The position numbers and the translations under genes were made by a program. A stretch of DNA of 64,000 nt, taken from the NCBI GenBank assembly GCA_040954595.2, contig CM082583.2, positions 6,260,849-6,324,848 on the forward strand, in the 5' to 3' direction. Each line of letters starts with the position of its first letter. The first letter of the stretch is position 1. The stretch comes from Balanoglossus misakiensis. Lineage: Eukaryota; Animalia; Hemichordata. Below, one piece after another: positions 11,816 through 26,800 of this stretch. The notes beneath the pieces were generated by a model. It was not told the origin of the DNA, searched no databases, and saw only the letters and a program-made list of their open reading frames with translations.

Positions 11816-14800
11816 TTAGTGAAGTTTCCGTTTTTTAATCTTGTACGGTTTTCTCTCCAGTATTTTCCTCTTTTTCGCCTCTCTTTTGCCGAGGTGTTTC
11901 TTCATCTTTTTCCTTGCAGCTCTCTCCGGGTCAGCAACAGCCTGGGATGAATGGAGTAAACCATGGATGGTAAATTAAAATCTTTGCGTATAAATGGAAT
12001 TCAAGTAAAGTGAATAATTCTTCACGAATTTTTAACTCGTTTGCTGTCTTAAGACACAGGCAAAATTTTAAAAAAAATTAATACACAAAATTGACTACAT
12101 GTATAGATCTTCAATCAGCAAGGTCTTTGGTGATCTTTTTATTTCAATTTCTACAAGTCTACAAAAACAAACTTACCTCAATCATCTGTTGTTGGTGTCT
12201 TTTCCTCTTCACGAGCTCCAGTGACGTCTTCACCTGTGCGTACACTTGAGTGAAGGCAGTGACTCCCACTTTACTTCGCAGCATATCCACCACTTCCTGG
12301 GCCAGGATTTTCAGTTCAGCACCTGGCGAGGAACAAAAAGAGCGAGTTGAAATCACCATCAGTGACAGACACCCTGTTATATTGCGCAGTAGGAGTAAAA
12401 TAGTCAAAGAAGGCAGTTACTGAAGACATGAAAATTATACAGGCATGCAAACAGGAACATGTCAGAAATTTCAGTGAGATTTAAAAATACATGTACATGT
12501 ACAGTACAACCTGTCTAAACCGAACACCAACGAGACTGAAGACATTGTTTGGTTTGCAGAGAGGTGTGTCCGGTTTATTGAGGTTGATATGGTTCTATGT
12601 CAATGAGTCAGGAAATTGCGTTCAGTATAGACAGGTTTCCGACACTTACTTGAGAAACTCGTCTCACCTTTAAACTCTGTACTGTTCAGTTCAGTGTGCA
12701 CTATCTCCAACAGAACGGACAGATACTCCACAAGCTCTTCACTCTCCAAGTGCACCGTAATTCCAGCCACCCATTTGAGTATACCCACACGTCTACTCCT
12801 TCCGAGCGTGCTCTTGGCTCTCTCATATTTGGCCGTCTGCAGTAGTCTCTTCACCAGCCACATCAAGTCGACTTCACGTGATCCATCGTCTTTCCAGCCG
12901 TTGACCATTTTACCCAAAAAGACTAGGTTTTTAACAACCTGCAGCCACAATGAACACAAATTTACATAGAGTATCTCCTAATATGAACTATGGGCATGTG
13001 TGCAATTTGAATTCTTAGGATTTTTTATATCAGGGGTAGCTGCCTGCACATAATATTACGATGAGTTTATGGATCAAACATAAACAGGGTTCGGGCACTT
13101 AAAATCTTTCCACATCATATGGAAGTATTAACAGCTAAGTCAATATTTCTAGATTTCCTGAACAAATATTCATTTTTCTGGGATTACAAAGTTAATCCAC
13201 AATGTGTATCACAGAGCTTGGTGTACACGTACCTGATCAACCAATGCTGTGGTGACGTTCTGAGAGTGCAGCTGTTGGCAGAAATCTTTGACGAGCTGGC
13301 AGATGCGATCCCTCCCCAGATACTTGCCCAACTCTTGCGGAGACAGAATCGAGAACAGCTGGCCGTACAACTGACAGACACTGAGTCGAACCCAGCTGTG
13401 GCCGTGCAAGATGTGTTCGTTCACATGATCTGAAAAAAAAAGAAACACGAACATCAGTCCTGTGCTTTTCCAAAACACAAACATTAAATGTAATTATTAT
13501 TCACTGGCTGGTTTGGAAATTTGCTGGCTGTACACTTGCAAAAGTGCCATTTTCTCAGAGTTCATATATTCAATGTCTATCAAAATTGAAAATGCAAGGA
13601 TATTCTCAAGGTTTTTAATTTAAGCAGTACTGGAGGCTAAACGTGTTATTTCCTGTGAATGTGCAGTGATCATACAAGGCTATCTTTTTCAATTTCAGAT
13701 ACATCTCTAACAATAACTACTGCACTGGCATTATCTTATAGTATTGGTGGCAAAATTATTTTCCACGGACATTTGAGAGTGTAGTAAAAAGGGGACGCTC
13801 AGTGACTTAAAATCATACCGTTTAGCCACTCTTTCTATGTATCCAAAGGGGCTGTAACTTTCCGAATCAAAGCAAACACTGTCACACACTGAGGGAGCAC
13901 TTACCCCATAATGTCTTCACAGTGGATTTCAAAGTCTTGTCTTTCAAGATATACGGACAGTGTTGAAGGATTTTACCAAAACTGGTCAACAGATTAAACA
14001 ATGCGTGATCCCGCTCTTTATCCCCAGCTTCATCCTGCGAATGAGGGAAACATGTAGGTATCACAAGTTTCCATGACAACCGACATCATGAGTAGATTAT
14101 CGACAAAGTTCAAATTTCATTTTGAGAGTAATGTCTTCTGCATGAAAACATTTCAATCCTACAACTGCACATTCATCAACACTTATTTTAATTTTATTTG
14201 GGAGTTCTTACCCCTGTTTCTTCATAATTATCTGGTTCTAACTGTTCAGTAAGGATTGGCAGCAGCTCCTTGAGTCGGGACTCGAAGTCTTCTTTCTCGA
14301 CTTCTACAAAGAGGCCGATCAGCTGACTGGCCAGCTGTTTGTGTGAGACACGTTCGTCTTGTAACCACAGCTGTGTGATGGTGAACATTTGGTCTCTGCC
14401 TGCAGCTGTTATCTAGTGGAACAGAAATTATGGATTAAACAAAGATAGAACGTAACACATGATATTTTTCCAGGATTTTTAGGGCAGTCATTTGGCTAAA
14501 CGTTTTTCATGGTCATTGATATTTCACGAAAAAATGCACAATGTAGTTGGCTCAATTAACTTTCAATAAGGAGTAGAATAGATTTTACTTTTCCAGGCCA
14601 TTCCGGGAGGTTTTCCTGGAGAGTGTTAACTATAAATGGGCCATAGGATTACCAAGAAGACAACATGTAATTTCATCTTTGTTGCAATATATTTTTGACT
14701 GCAGGGTTTCTGAAACTGAAGTCTGAGAAATGGCCAACAGTAGACAGTCACATGACTTTGACATAACTTAATACCTTGCTGAGCAGGGTCTTCAACGCCA

Positions 14801-17800
14801 GTGCTATCAACTTACGGCACTCCGCCGATTCGTCATTCACTAGCCCTGTTGCCATGGGAACGTAAAACAGCCCAGCTTTGTCCACCAACATGTGCTGTGA
14901 GCAAATGACACAGATAGGAAAACTGTTAAGACAAAATTTCAAATGAATCGTATGTCTCTGTACAAGTAAAAGAAAATATTGCATTGATGTATGGCAGATG
15001 GCAAAGCTGAAGTCTTTTTCCCATTACCTGGGGAAATGAAGTGAAAATAGTGGCCAGCATTTCTAAGGCTGACTTTCGTCCGTCTTCGTATTCATAGACA
15101 AGCTGTGAGATGTAGAAATCCAGATAAGTGTGGACTTTCTTGCCTAGTGGATAATCCATCAGAAACTGCGACATTAGCTGAAACGAGAGAAAATCGTGAG
15201 TCATTATGATACAATGAAATAATAAAATATGATATATATATAACAATTTAATTCCATTTTAATACGTACCTGTCGACACTGCACGCGTATGTTACTTGTA
15301 TCTGACATAATTGACAACTCGGCCACTTTATGCATCACAGTTTCAATTTCATCACACTTCAGTTTTCTGAAGAGGATAGCCTGTATAAGAAAAAGGTTAA
15401 TGTGTCAGCCTATATATTATTATTATTATAAAAGTGGGTAAAATATATGCCTCTTTCCCTGGAAAAAGGCACACTCCAAAACATCCCAACAAACCAACTT
15501 GCAACTCATGGATGGTCTGACTTACTTTAAGCAAAGGGAATGCAGTTGATTGTCTGCTGTTGTCATAGATGTCTTCTTCTACAAAACTCAACAAGACATG
15601 CAGCTGATCCTCGGTGACCTTGTAGTCTTGCATCGTCCTGATAAACACGGTCATTGTCTGAAATGTGCACATACAAAAACATGTTCATGGATCCAAGATA
15701 TCTCCTCACACTTCATGATATTAACCATGTATGAGTGTAACCACAGATAAAAACTGTATTTTTCACATTTTGATTCCTGTTGTACGTTTTGAAGGTGTCT
15801 ATTACTATAGCTATGATCAGTTCCTTCCCTACTCCAAATGAATGTGACATCATTGTAGGTGGGTAGAAATTAAGATAGGTCAGTTTATCGGTAGCACATG
15901 ATTAGTTTTATCTGGCTTTAGGTTAAATGAGATCTGTCCAACTATATTGACTGTATGACAGTGAAGGTTCCAATCATATCTTTTCCCATTTATACAATGA
16001 CTATGAACACACACCTTGAAACTCCATTGCACTAGCTGTAAGTTATCGCCCTTCCCCGAGCCGCCCCTTGCGTGCGTCTTCAGCTGCTGGAAGAGAAATC
16101 CCGCCAGCCTGGCAGCATTCTCCTTGAGTTGTGGAAGCGGAAACTGGAGAAGACGACTGAGACATTGCACTGCACCAATGGTGACCTGCATTTGTGAGAG
16201 AGAGCGAGAGTGGATTTCTGTTGCGTATCACTCTGTTCATTGTTTCATTGTAGGCGTGTCACAAATGTTTTGCAGCAGGGTGAAACATAAACTACTTACG
16301 TGCTAGTTATAGTGTTCAAAACTGTAACAACCAAAACAGACTGTACCTTGATGTATTTTGACTGCATACTGTCAACCAGGATGGACACTAACGGATCCAT
16401 CATTGCCAAGTGGTCTGGGTTTGTGGCAGTCAGGCCCCCTCTCTTGATCAACATGTACAACAGCTGAAAACAAAACAAAACACAAAGGAGTTGGATTTTT
16501 CCTCCTGTCAGTTTCTCAATGTAGTAACTTCATATCTTAAGGATGTACAATCAGTAAAATTAACAGTATTGTTGTTTCTAATTCTTTTAATCGTGGATGT
16601 TTGGTTTCTCCATTGTAAGCATAATAAAAATCCAAAACTTATCTATTGATTTTTTTTCTTGTTAACAGGAAGAGCACAGCATCATGGCAGACACACTTAC
16701 TTGTAAACCAAACTCTACTAAAACATGGAGATTTGTTTTCTTCTGAACGGCTGGCTTTGGTCCCGCTCTTTTCGGAGCTTCTTGTAAAAGCAGAACATTT
16801 TTCTCTTGGAACTTGGTTCTCCCTGCATTCTTTTCTTGTCTGTTTGGGTCAAGATAGAACATAACCGGTCACTCTCTGCGTCATTCATGTTATCAGTCAG
16901 TTAACTGTGGCAACAACCCTCAATTTTGACCCAACATATGGATAATGACTTTCACAAGAAGAGTTTATGTCAACTGCTACATTAATCCCAGATCAGCAAA
17001 TACACAATGACAAACTAAGTTCAAAAGTTTCTTAGTATAATTTACATACAAGTGTGATGTCACTAACAAATGTGAATATTGCTCCTGGTTGGAAGATCAA
17101 AGTGATCACAGATTCAACTTACTGTTTTTTATCTACAACCATGATCGGCAGAGTCTGTGTTATGATTCCGTGAACCAGGATCACCATATCCTGACTTGAC
17201 AGTCCCTGATTTTCCAGCAATCCCTGGATAAACTTCCGCAAGACATCTTCTGTTTTCCGGACAACCTTCAAACTGTGTGTGTTGTCCAAGACCTGGGAAT
17301 AAGAACCACATTTGATATCCTATTAATCTATAGGCCTAACTTTTGGAATAAATGATTTCTTTCTTTCTTTCTTTCTTGCTTTTTTTTCTTTCTGAGCAGT
17401 AACAATCATGTTACATAAATCAGTATACTTCATACATAAACAGACCTGCTTGAGTGTGTTGATGACTTTGGAGAGATGTTGAGCCGAGATGTATTTTCCG
17501 ATAATTTGATAGATGTCATAACTTTTGCTGCTCTGGGCTTCTTGTAGTTTTCTTGTAATTCCCACCACTTCCTTCTCCTCAGCCACTTCACCAAACAGTT
17601 CTTCGTTGCTGACCTGATAAATGAGGGGAAAATGCACATTTAGTGTTTGCTTTGAAAGATGAGACATCACTGCACCTTTTGTTATTCAAGTGAGACAGTA
17701 AATTGCCAAAGTTACCATATGAGATTTTCATCGCTCACTTAGGTAGCAAAAAGCTATTTAAGGTAGCAAGAATTGGACAAGACAAGGGAACTACAGTCAG

Positions 17801-20800
17801 TGGGCGTTTGTACACACATAACTCATCGTTATTATTCAAAATGCATCTCCACACTCACCTGTATAAGGCTATTCAAACACCGGTCTAAATCACCGTGATT
17901 TAAACCTTCGCTGATGCCCTGCAGTATGGCATGTACTGTGTAACTCAACACGTGTTTCTGCGAGAAGAAAAAAACAACAATAGAATCAAGGTACATGTAG
18001 CATGATGGCGCTCTTACATCTTCACAACCTACAGTTGAATTTTCTAAGACGTCTCAGATAATGGACTTGCTAGGAAATCCCTGCATGATTTTCTGTGAAA
18101 AACATACAAAACCGTACATTCATACACACACACACACACACACATACATACATACAGACACAACTGATTTCATAAGGTCCCATGGTATATGCATACATAT
18201 GCCAAATGGGACCTAAATATAGTGTATTCACCTGATATCCCCTAGTTAGTGTCTGTTGAAGTTCGGTCATAACAAACTGGAAGTGATCTGGCCCAAGGTA
18301 CGACATGATCTTGATGAGTGTGTTTCTAGCAGACTGCCGGAGTTCACTGGCTCGACTCTTCAACAAATGGCACACTTTCATGACAATTCTGAAATCCGGT
18401 GAAATGACAAAAATAAACTTTTTGATTAGTGCGTCTAAGTACGTATGAGAGCCATGCCAGGACAGTCAAAATACGTTTCGGAAGAAATAGATTCAATATG
18501 ACACCATTGTACCTGGGAAGATGTTGATTGCATACACTCGGCGGCAAAGCCAACAGCAACCTGACCATGGCAATGGCGATGGGTATGCGTGCTATTTCAA
18601 GGTCGCCAGCTTGACCCTGACGGACTGAGCGATGTTCGTCTTCACTCGCAATCTGCAAAAAAAAAAAAAAAAACGAATAAATTAAACAACTAAAAGAAGC
18701 ATCTCAACACAGTGAACGAGACAACTACTATGCACAAACTCCACAATCTATCCTATTACTTTCTATGTTGTAATCTGTGTCAGAGAACTAACCTTTTGAG
18801 TCAGGGATTTATTCAAGTTAGGCAGTATTTTCTTCATGATGATCGTAAATTTTCTTCCATCTTCCCGCTGCTTCTCCTTAGCTGTAGCTGTAATGGCATA
18901 AACACATTAATTAACCCAAAACTTTGACGTGCTATTTGAAAACACCAAACTCCTTTGTGTATAGAAAGTGAATTTTTTTTAAAACTAATATATGTGGCCA
19001 AATACCACAATTCTATGAGGACTATGGTCCCAGTTTCCTATGATTTTCAATGTTTATCTGACCTGCATATACACAGAACTGAACACAAGCAATATACGAA
19101 TGCTTGAAAATTGCACACACTCACAAACTGAATGTATGGATGTATATGTATTATCTTTTATTACTATTCAACACTGTACAACACACAAATATAATGCAAG
19201 ATTTACCAGGTGCTGTGTCATCATCTTCCTTCTCGTCAAGACTGGCTTGTTCATTTTGGTTCGATGAGTCATCATCCTCAAGTTGGTAATTTTTCAAATC
19301 AAAGTGGAAGCTGTCAAGTATTGTGGTCAGCAATCTGTATATCAAGAAGGCAGAAGACAGATCTCATGACACATCTCGTACAACAAATCACCATCCTCTA
19401 TTTAGAGGTCCAACCTTAGAACAGAAAGCAATGGGTTTGGACCGAACCATGGTGGTGAAAGGGTTAAATGACAGCTACTTACTTGACCATGGTCTTGGGT
19501 TGTTCCGTCTCCCTCAGCAGCAGTCGCAGATATTGCTGCAAGAGTTTGAGGTACGGTTGCCACGGCAAACACTTGGCGATGGCTCCCACGGCTGCTGTGG
19601 CGTCCATCACCATCTGATTGTTCTTGCTGAGGTTGGGATCGAAGATGATGCTCGTGGCAATAGGCAGCATGAACGTCTTCAAGCCGTACGTGCCCAGTTG
19701 GTTCTGTTGGCACTTCTCGACCAGGCGGCGAAGAGCCCTCATTTGACGATGATGCTGAAAAGACAGTCAGACTTTCTTTAAAGCCACTTGGATTGTAACT
19801 GGACATACATGTTTAACTGTTTTGTTTTTAAAAAATATCACATTATAAATCAGTGCTACAGACAGCCACCATACCTGCAAATGTTTGATATTCTCAAAGA
19901 AGTCTTTGTCGACGTTGTCGTCTTCAAGAACTTTCAGCTCTTTGAATTTCTTGCTCTCCGGGAAATACTTCACTAACTGCGTTAGCAGTCCAATGTGTTC
20001 AAATCGCACCACCTGAAGGAATAAACGACAGAAAGGGGTCAAGAGAAAGGAAGTGTTTCAGGAGATTTCGAACTCAACATTGCCGCCACAGGATCAATGC
20101 TCGGTTGCCAGACAAGTGTTGTGTTATCAGTGAAAGTTCTACTTTGAGAAAAACTATGACGTGGAAAGGACCTAACCTCGGATGTGTTGGCGAGTCCTTC
20201 TTTGACCGCCGATACAATCATTCCGTTGATGCAGACCTCGTAGACTTCGTTCGATTCATCGACGTCGCCTTCCGATATGGCTTTGATGATAGCAACGATT
20301 ACGCTGACAGCATTATCACGCAGGGACATGTCCTCAACCTAAAAGTGATTATTGATCATTTTAAGACACACTTGCACATTAACACAAAGTGAGACTGTCA
20401 AACACTGATATAGCTATACCCAATAACCAAATCAGAAAATTAACCAAATTAACACAAATCCCTGAAAATTTACCTTTGAGATGAAGTAGAAGCAATTGTT
20501 CATCACGGGTACCACGAAATCCAAATCAATGGTTTCCATGGTGTCGATCGTTGCTAAGATTTGCTGGAATGCTGAAAATCTCACATTGTAGTCAGGTTGG
20601 TTCAGATGTCTCCTGTCCACAGCATTCAACTACAAGGAAAATACATCGTTGAAAGTTTAGGCACTTCTCTAGGTTCAGGCCCAAGTGCATGAAATATGGA
20701 AGTAAGCGAAGGCAGTCCACTATAACTAACCTTGACAATGATCTGGGCTATTTCTTGCATTTGTGCGTCCATGGTTCCCAGACAGCCAATGACATTGCAA

Positions 20801-23800
20801 CAGAGAAGACGTGTTTCTGTGGTGGTCATCCATGACAGCAATTTACTACAAGATCTGTAACAACAGACAGAAAACAATCTCTCCTGAATCTTTTAAAGCA
20901 ACTTATTCAGGCATTAACCAAGAAAGTGGTGTGTATAGTAAGAACATATGTACATACATGAAAAATGAAACATTTTTCTCAAGACAGAGCTGATAAAATA
21001 AAACACAGTTCGGAGAAAAGAGTGACAGCTGCAGTATACCTGAGAAATCTTCTTGGATGGTTGCACTGTGGCACCAGTCTTTTGATGGTCTTCAGAATTT
21101 CCACCACCAACTCCTATTTATAACCACAAATACATGTTAGTAACCTCACCACAACACCAAAACATACACGTCCAAACAGCATAATCAGAATCAGCAAAAA
21201 TACAAATTATAAACGACAGCAATTCATAACTTCAGATTTGAGTCATGAAAGCTTGACTGCACACAATCCTTCTGACCTACCTGATCACTTTTGATGACTT
21301 GTAGCAACGGGATCAACAGATCGATAAGATGATCACACTGCGAACCATCTTCCACAAGAATGCTTAGTCTGAAAAAATAAAGCGATGATATAAAATAAAC
21401 ACCAAATATCCACTCGGTATAAACTCAACAGATGACTCACAACGAACAATAATTTCACAACTACAGTATTTATCAATACAATTTCACTAATAAAATGGAA
21501 AATAATGGAGCAAAAAGACACACATACATGTAGTATCAGTAAATACACTACAAGTACCTGGAGAGAATTTGAAGTTCCTTCACTGGTAAAACCACTTTTT
21601 GTTTTCTGGTTTTCGTCTTCTGCTGCAGAACTCTTTTCAGGTGATCAATGATGATGGGCACATACGGCAATAGAAGGCATTGCTGGTTATCTGGACGTCA
21701 GAATATAATGGCAGTAAATAATTATATCTGTATTTCAGTGTATGGGATTCAGCACAGAAGTAGAACTGCTACATGGTGGGTGATGTAAGGCATGGCACAC
21801 CAGAAACTGGCATTCAATAAATATCTACACTATCATGCAAAGGCGTTGGTACAACCTGGACGTGTAGGGGCCAGCAAGTGTAGCTGTTTTGATGGCCGGG
21901 CAAACACCATCTTTCACAAACAGTTTAGCAGACAGGTGAATTTTTCTCCATGGAACAAAATCCAACCAATGGTTTTTGCAGAGGCAATCAGACACCTGTT
22001 CAGCTGCTAAATTTCTTACACCACAATATGATCATATCCTTCTAACCTGCAACTTTATATTTCTTGGGTAAATTCGAATTTCTCGCGTCATTCTCGTCGA
22101 CTTCCTCATCAGTTCCCGGCAGCAGATTATCAATGATACTGGTAATGACAGATTTCACAGACTCTTCCACTTGTTGCGCCTTCAGCAGATTCATCACCTG
22201 ACCAAGCACTTGTTGATCTTGGCCGTTGGGGCAATACACCAGTAGACTATGAAATCTGTAAACGACAAAAGTATCCACATTACCTCACATTTGAGAGTCG
22301 AGCAACCAAACAATACACCCTTTTCATAAGTCGAGGGCCCTAATGCAAGCCACCATGAACATGAACTCAAAGCAAGGCCAATGGGGAAAGCTGACCATTC
22401 ACATCAACAGGAATTCCCAATTGGAAAGGGTGTATAGGAAGCTTCACCTCTGGCAAAAGTAACAGCAAAAACAGTACTCACTGAGGTCTGTTGCTCCAAG
22501 CCAGGCTCATCTTCAACACGGCGGTCGGGCTGTAGACGCCCTCCTGCGGCAGCTTCTCGATCACCGGCCAGACGACGCCCGCGAACATCGCGTCCAGCTC
22601 CGTCTCCGCGTACTTGTACCCGTCGCACTGGGTGAAAAACTGCGTCAGGATCTCCACCCCTTGCTGTCGGATTTTACGCAAGGATTTGATGTGTCTCGCA
22701 TGCACCTGCAGGGAAACAGATACAGTCATATATCTCAGTAAAACACTCACTTCGTTCTTTTCTTATGTAAAAGGAAACAAAATTTCAAATTGAATGTTCC
22801 TTACCAGGTGTCTGTGCGACAGCATCTTTGTAACATCAGCTGTGCAATTCAGAATGACATTCAGAAGTGACGTCAGATACGGCTCCATCAGGTGGAAAAG
22901 TTTACTCAGCAGTATGCTACACACATCCAGCACACTGAAAGAAAGACAGTCAATGACACAACTGAGAAACGAAACACACGGTCAGTCACTGAAAATCCAA
23001 GAATATATCAGTTAAAAAGTGCCATTTTCTGAGAGTGATAGCATAGTAATTGTGTCAAAGACCCTCTTCTTACCTTTTAAGTTTTGTGAGTGGGACGAAT
23101 CCTGCAAGTTGTAGACTGTCTTCACTGCAGCTGGCATCTACCTTGATCTCTGTTGGACAGGAAAAACATTTTCTAGGGTGTGAACATGTGGCACTCACTT
23201 TGTGTATACAGCTTTCAACAGAGAAATGAAGCATCAAACCAGTTGCCAATAGTATATACCAGACTTCAAAGTGCTCATACAACACCAAGATCTCCAACAC
23301 TCAAGTACATGTATGCCGAAAGAGCACCCTCCCCAACAAATTACTGGGCCACTCACCATTAGTCCATTCCTTGACTGGTTCCATCACTAAATCTATGAAG
23401 TGGGTCAATTCCGTCGGGTGGCAGCCACCAAGGAACCGGAGTATCAGAGGCTTCTTCGATTTCCCGGCAATTTTGATCAACATCCTCCCAAAGAGAATCC
23501 TGTACAAGATCACGGAAAAGAGTGATTTCTGTTAATTGTCAGAATCCGTTTCGATAGTACAAGAAAGGGATTAGTGAAACAAGATGCTCAAATGCAACAA
23601 TTTACTCCCCCGAAATGAGTTCATCAGATCTTACCTCATCAATATTGGCATGAGCTGTTCTCTGTGCTCGACATTCACAACGCCCGAGTCTTCATCCAAA
23701 CTGAACGCGACCAGCTCTGCGCTGAACGCCTTCATGTCCAACAGCCTGGTGAGGTTTTCCTGATACGGAGTCAGATACTTGTACTTGTATGTGAGTATGC

Positions 23801-26800
23801 ACTGGAGGGATAGGTTCTGCACTGCGCTGTCCGTATGACACAGTAACTGTGGGACAAGAAATGAGAAGTACTCTTACTGTCCGATAGGAAAACAGACCAC
23901 CTTCATGACCCCTATGTGACCTTACACCCCAATATTTCTTTGTTGGTAAAAAGCAGTACATGTAACATTACCGAATGTAACATTGCTTTACCTTTAAGTA
24001 GAGTGATTTCAGCTGTGGTTCCAAATACATTGACTTGGCGTCCCTGAACTTTGAAAAAAGTTTCAGGTGATCTATCAAACATCTGTGAAACAAAACAGAG
24101 ATAAAGATCATTGTTTCTGACACTGTCTACACTGGTACATGTAAATGGTAAATTTACTAGAAAATCTCAATGTACACTGTCACTTACTTGATAGCTCTCT
24201 TTCTATCAGCTTTAGACACTGTTTTCTCATCGACGGCATTTGCTGACAGGTCTTGCGATGATGCAATGATCTCATCAGTCGGTTCATACTCATCCCTGAA
24301 ATACGTCACAAAAAAGAATGAACCCAACACAATTATGTACTTCGAATATCTATACGGTTACTTAAACCATGCGACAAGTACACTGGCACGCTTCAATTTT
24401 CTATTCTCTTGAAAACATTCAACTTTGACAAACCAGAGGATTATGTACCAGGGCACCTACTTGATAAATTCTAAGAACAGCGGCGAAAGAATTCTGGACT
24501 TGGCTTCGGCTTTGTCCGCAAAGCCACACATTGCGGTCAGGAGAAGACGTCGGTGGTTCTGATGGTCGGGGCTGTCGCAAAACTTGGAACACTTCTCGCA
24601 GTGTTGGAGAAACAGCGAAGAGACATCACTTGGGTTGGCGTCGGATGGTGTCGCCATGGTAACATCTTCGTCCGACCGCGACGACTGCTTCTTTATCTTA
24701 TCCACTGTCTCTTGGAAACGGGAATGCAGGATGCTCCAAAATTCTTCAGAGGTCATCTCATAGGCTAAGGTCCTGTGAATAGATGGATACAGACAGTTCA
24801 TTTGTAAATTGCTGTCAAGCCTAACTTTTGGAAATAGATCAAATAAAACCTCTGACACTGAATACTTACTTGATGTGGTTGTTTATTGGTTTCCATAGCA
24901 GACTCAAGTTGACATAGAGGGCGCCCAGAAGATACAGCAAAGGCACCTATACAAAACAACAAATAATGATCTCACAGTTTATCTACATTTATGTTTTTAC
25001 ATTAGAATACCTAAAAGAACAGTTACTGCATTGCTAGTTGTCTTCCTCAAACAGAATGAATTACATTTCTCCTGAAATAGGTAGTACATTCTACTTTTTC
25101 CCATGATACTCTCTTTAATTTGAAAAGATCTAACAGCTTCTGATCTTACTAAAATAATGTCAAACCAATTGGCACAAAAGCATTGTATTCAGTGAAATCT
25201 AATGTATATCACATATCTATAAGTCTAATGTTACCAACCTGGGAGTAATGTGTCCTGGGTACAAATATGAGTTGCTGTAAAAACTTCAACTTGTCTCTGA
25301 ATGTGTGTAACGTGACGGCAACCCTCTCAGCTTGAAGACACACTTGAAACATGCCATCATCCTGTGATGTATCATAAATAATAAAATTAAAAGGATGATA
25401 ACCATTTACAACTTGGGGAAACTCTCAAAAAGGACCATCTGTTTTTTTTACATTATGTCAGTTAACACATCCTATACAATACCCTATAGAATATAAAGAG
25501 TGACTTGTTCTTATACTGTACCTGCAGTCCAGTCAGATCTGTGTGAAGATACACCAGTATCGACAAGGAGTGAAGACGAACCTGCAATAGAAATTTTATG
25601 AGCTCAGAATACAATTTCACATTTTGAGAGAAAAGGGTCACAGGCCCTTTGAGCAATCGTAGTAAAACTTCAACATGGACATTCATGCGTTTGGTATCAG
25701 AGAAATTCTCTATGAAATAGCACCATCTGCCAAGGACTGGCAATAGATATTAAAGACAAATACCTGAGAATACGGAGATGAGACGTTCTTGATGAGGATC
25801 GGTAAAATCTCTTTGACACTTTCCTTCTCTTCTTCCTCATCCAGCTTATCATCCCCACTGTCTACCACGGCGGCAAGCCAAAGTTCCAAGGCTTGTAACA
25901 CGCTGATATTGTTACCATTATTGCTTTTCGTGGAAAGAAGGTTAGATTTAATGTTAGATTAAACATCAAACAAAAAGCCCATGCAAAATGACTATTCTAG
26001 AGATTGTTCAGATATTCATATAGACAGTGTTTAGTTTGACATCCTGTATGTTGATGTTTCTAAGAAAAATTTCAAATAATACAATACATTTCACTACATC
26101 ACATTACATTACATTATAATTGGACAAATTACATTATTTCTGGGGGTAAATCAAGCTTTCCAGACTGTGTGGTCAAACAAGAGTCTTGATCATCAACTTA
26201 CGTAATTATCTGGCATAACGGTTTCACCGCAGAATACTGGATGTTCAATTTACAGCAGACAGAGGATTTAACGGCTTGTGACAAGACCACTGTCATGAAA
26301 TCAGTACAATCTGCAAGAAAAGATGTACAAGTACCAAGATTTTCATATTAACAATCTCAAAATGCTACTCAACTCTGCCACAGTAAGACTGAAAAAACAA
26401 CAAACAAAAGGTGAAACTTTTTTAGATACCTTTATCTTCACTGTGTAGTATAACTTCCGACAGAGTCTCAAAAATCTTGACAACAGACTCTCTCACTTCA
26501 GATTTGTCATTCAACCTATAAAGATAACCTTGCATTACTATAGTGACCATCTACAGAATATTACATCTTTTTCATACCTTAAATGTGTCTAGATTGAGAA
26601 AGTGATATTCAACATACGTACATGATATTTGGTAAACACACTAGCGCTGACCATAATCTTGACAGAGTGTTTGACTCGAGAGAGGACCCTTCACTAAAAG
26701 ACAACCAGCTCTGCAAATGACTTGCAATGTCACTGTAAAAGAGAAAGGAGAAATAACTAAGTAATGTAATCTGATCATGAAATAATATGGAGAATGATCA

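Noticed and set aside
18793-18887. Apparent frameshift in a UTP20 exon
   Set aside because: A recount gives an open frame (ATAKEKQREDGRKFTIIMKKILPNLNKSLTQK) with matching phases.
23500-23633. Minus-strand CTGATGA...CTGA in a UTP20 intron as a C/D snoRNA or hammerhead ribozyme
   Set aside because: The C-like box is only about 7 nt from the donor, with no terminal stem or recognisable rRNA guide. For a hammerhead, the GAAA after stem II is missing.
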